NCBI GenBank assembly: GCA_041572575.1
Contig: JBFFSH010000063.1
Span: forward strand, 1 to 15,410
Length of the DNA: 15,410 nt
DNA from: Thermodesulfobacteriota bacterium
GTDB taxonomy: Bacteria > Desulfobacterota_D > UBA1144 > Nemesobacterales > N074bin48
Direction: 5' to 3'
The notes beneath the pieces were generated by a model. The model did no database searches. It worked only from the letters and a program-made list of their open reading frames with translations, and was not told where the DNA came from. Below, piece after piece: positions 15,281 through 15,410 of this stretch (position 1 is its first letter; every line of letters starts with the position of its first letter). Both the position numbers and the translations under genes were made by a program.

Positions 15281-15410
<130 letters not shown>

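Overview
AT-rich, very compact bacterial chromosomal window, mostly housekeeping genes. There are no mobile elements, RNA genes or CRISPR arrays. Gene order: 5'-truncated nadA (+); ggt (-), frameshifted by an exact 22-bp tandem duplication; msrB (+); orphan FIST/NosP-like gene (-); then a putative operon prs-rplY-pth-hppA-rpsF-rpsR-rplI (+), in which a K+-dependent, probably Na+-pumping membrane pyrophosphatase lies inside the ribosomal cluster and an S6:S18-type leader precedes rpsF. After that come a secreted DUF4412-like protein (-), a Cys-type (suicide) Thi4 thiazole synthase of archaeal appearance without a TPP riboswitch (+), a convergent degQ-rid-DUF6775-like unit (-), and CIRCE-controlled groES-groEL (+, groEL truncated). 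Gene content and order suggest a Gram-negative, deltaproteobacteria-like lineage, possibly Dadabacteria; this is inference only. The most notable items are the ggt duplication, the thi4/DUF6775/Rid neighbourhood (a speculative system for handling spent, dehydroalanine-containing Thi4), hppA inside the ribosomal operon, and long disordered tails plus lost conserved glycines in bS6/bS18/bL9. Family calls rest on motif recognition, not database searches.
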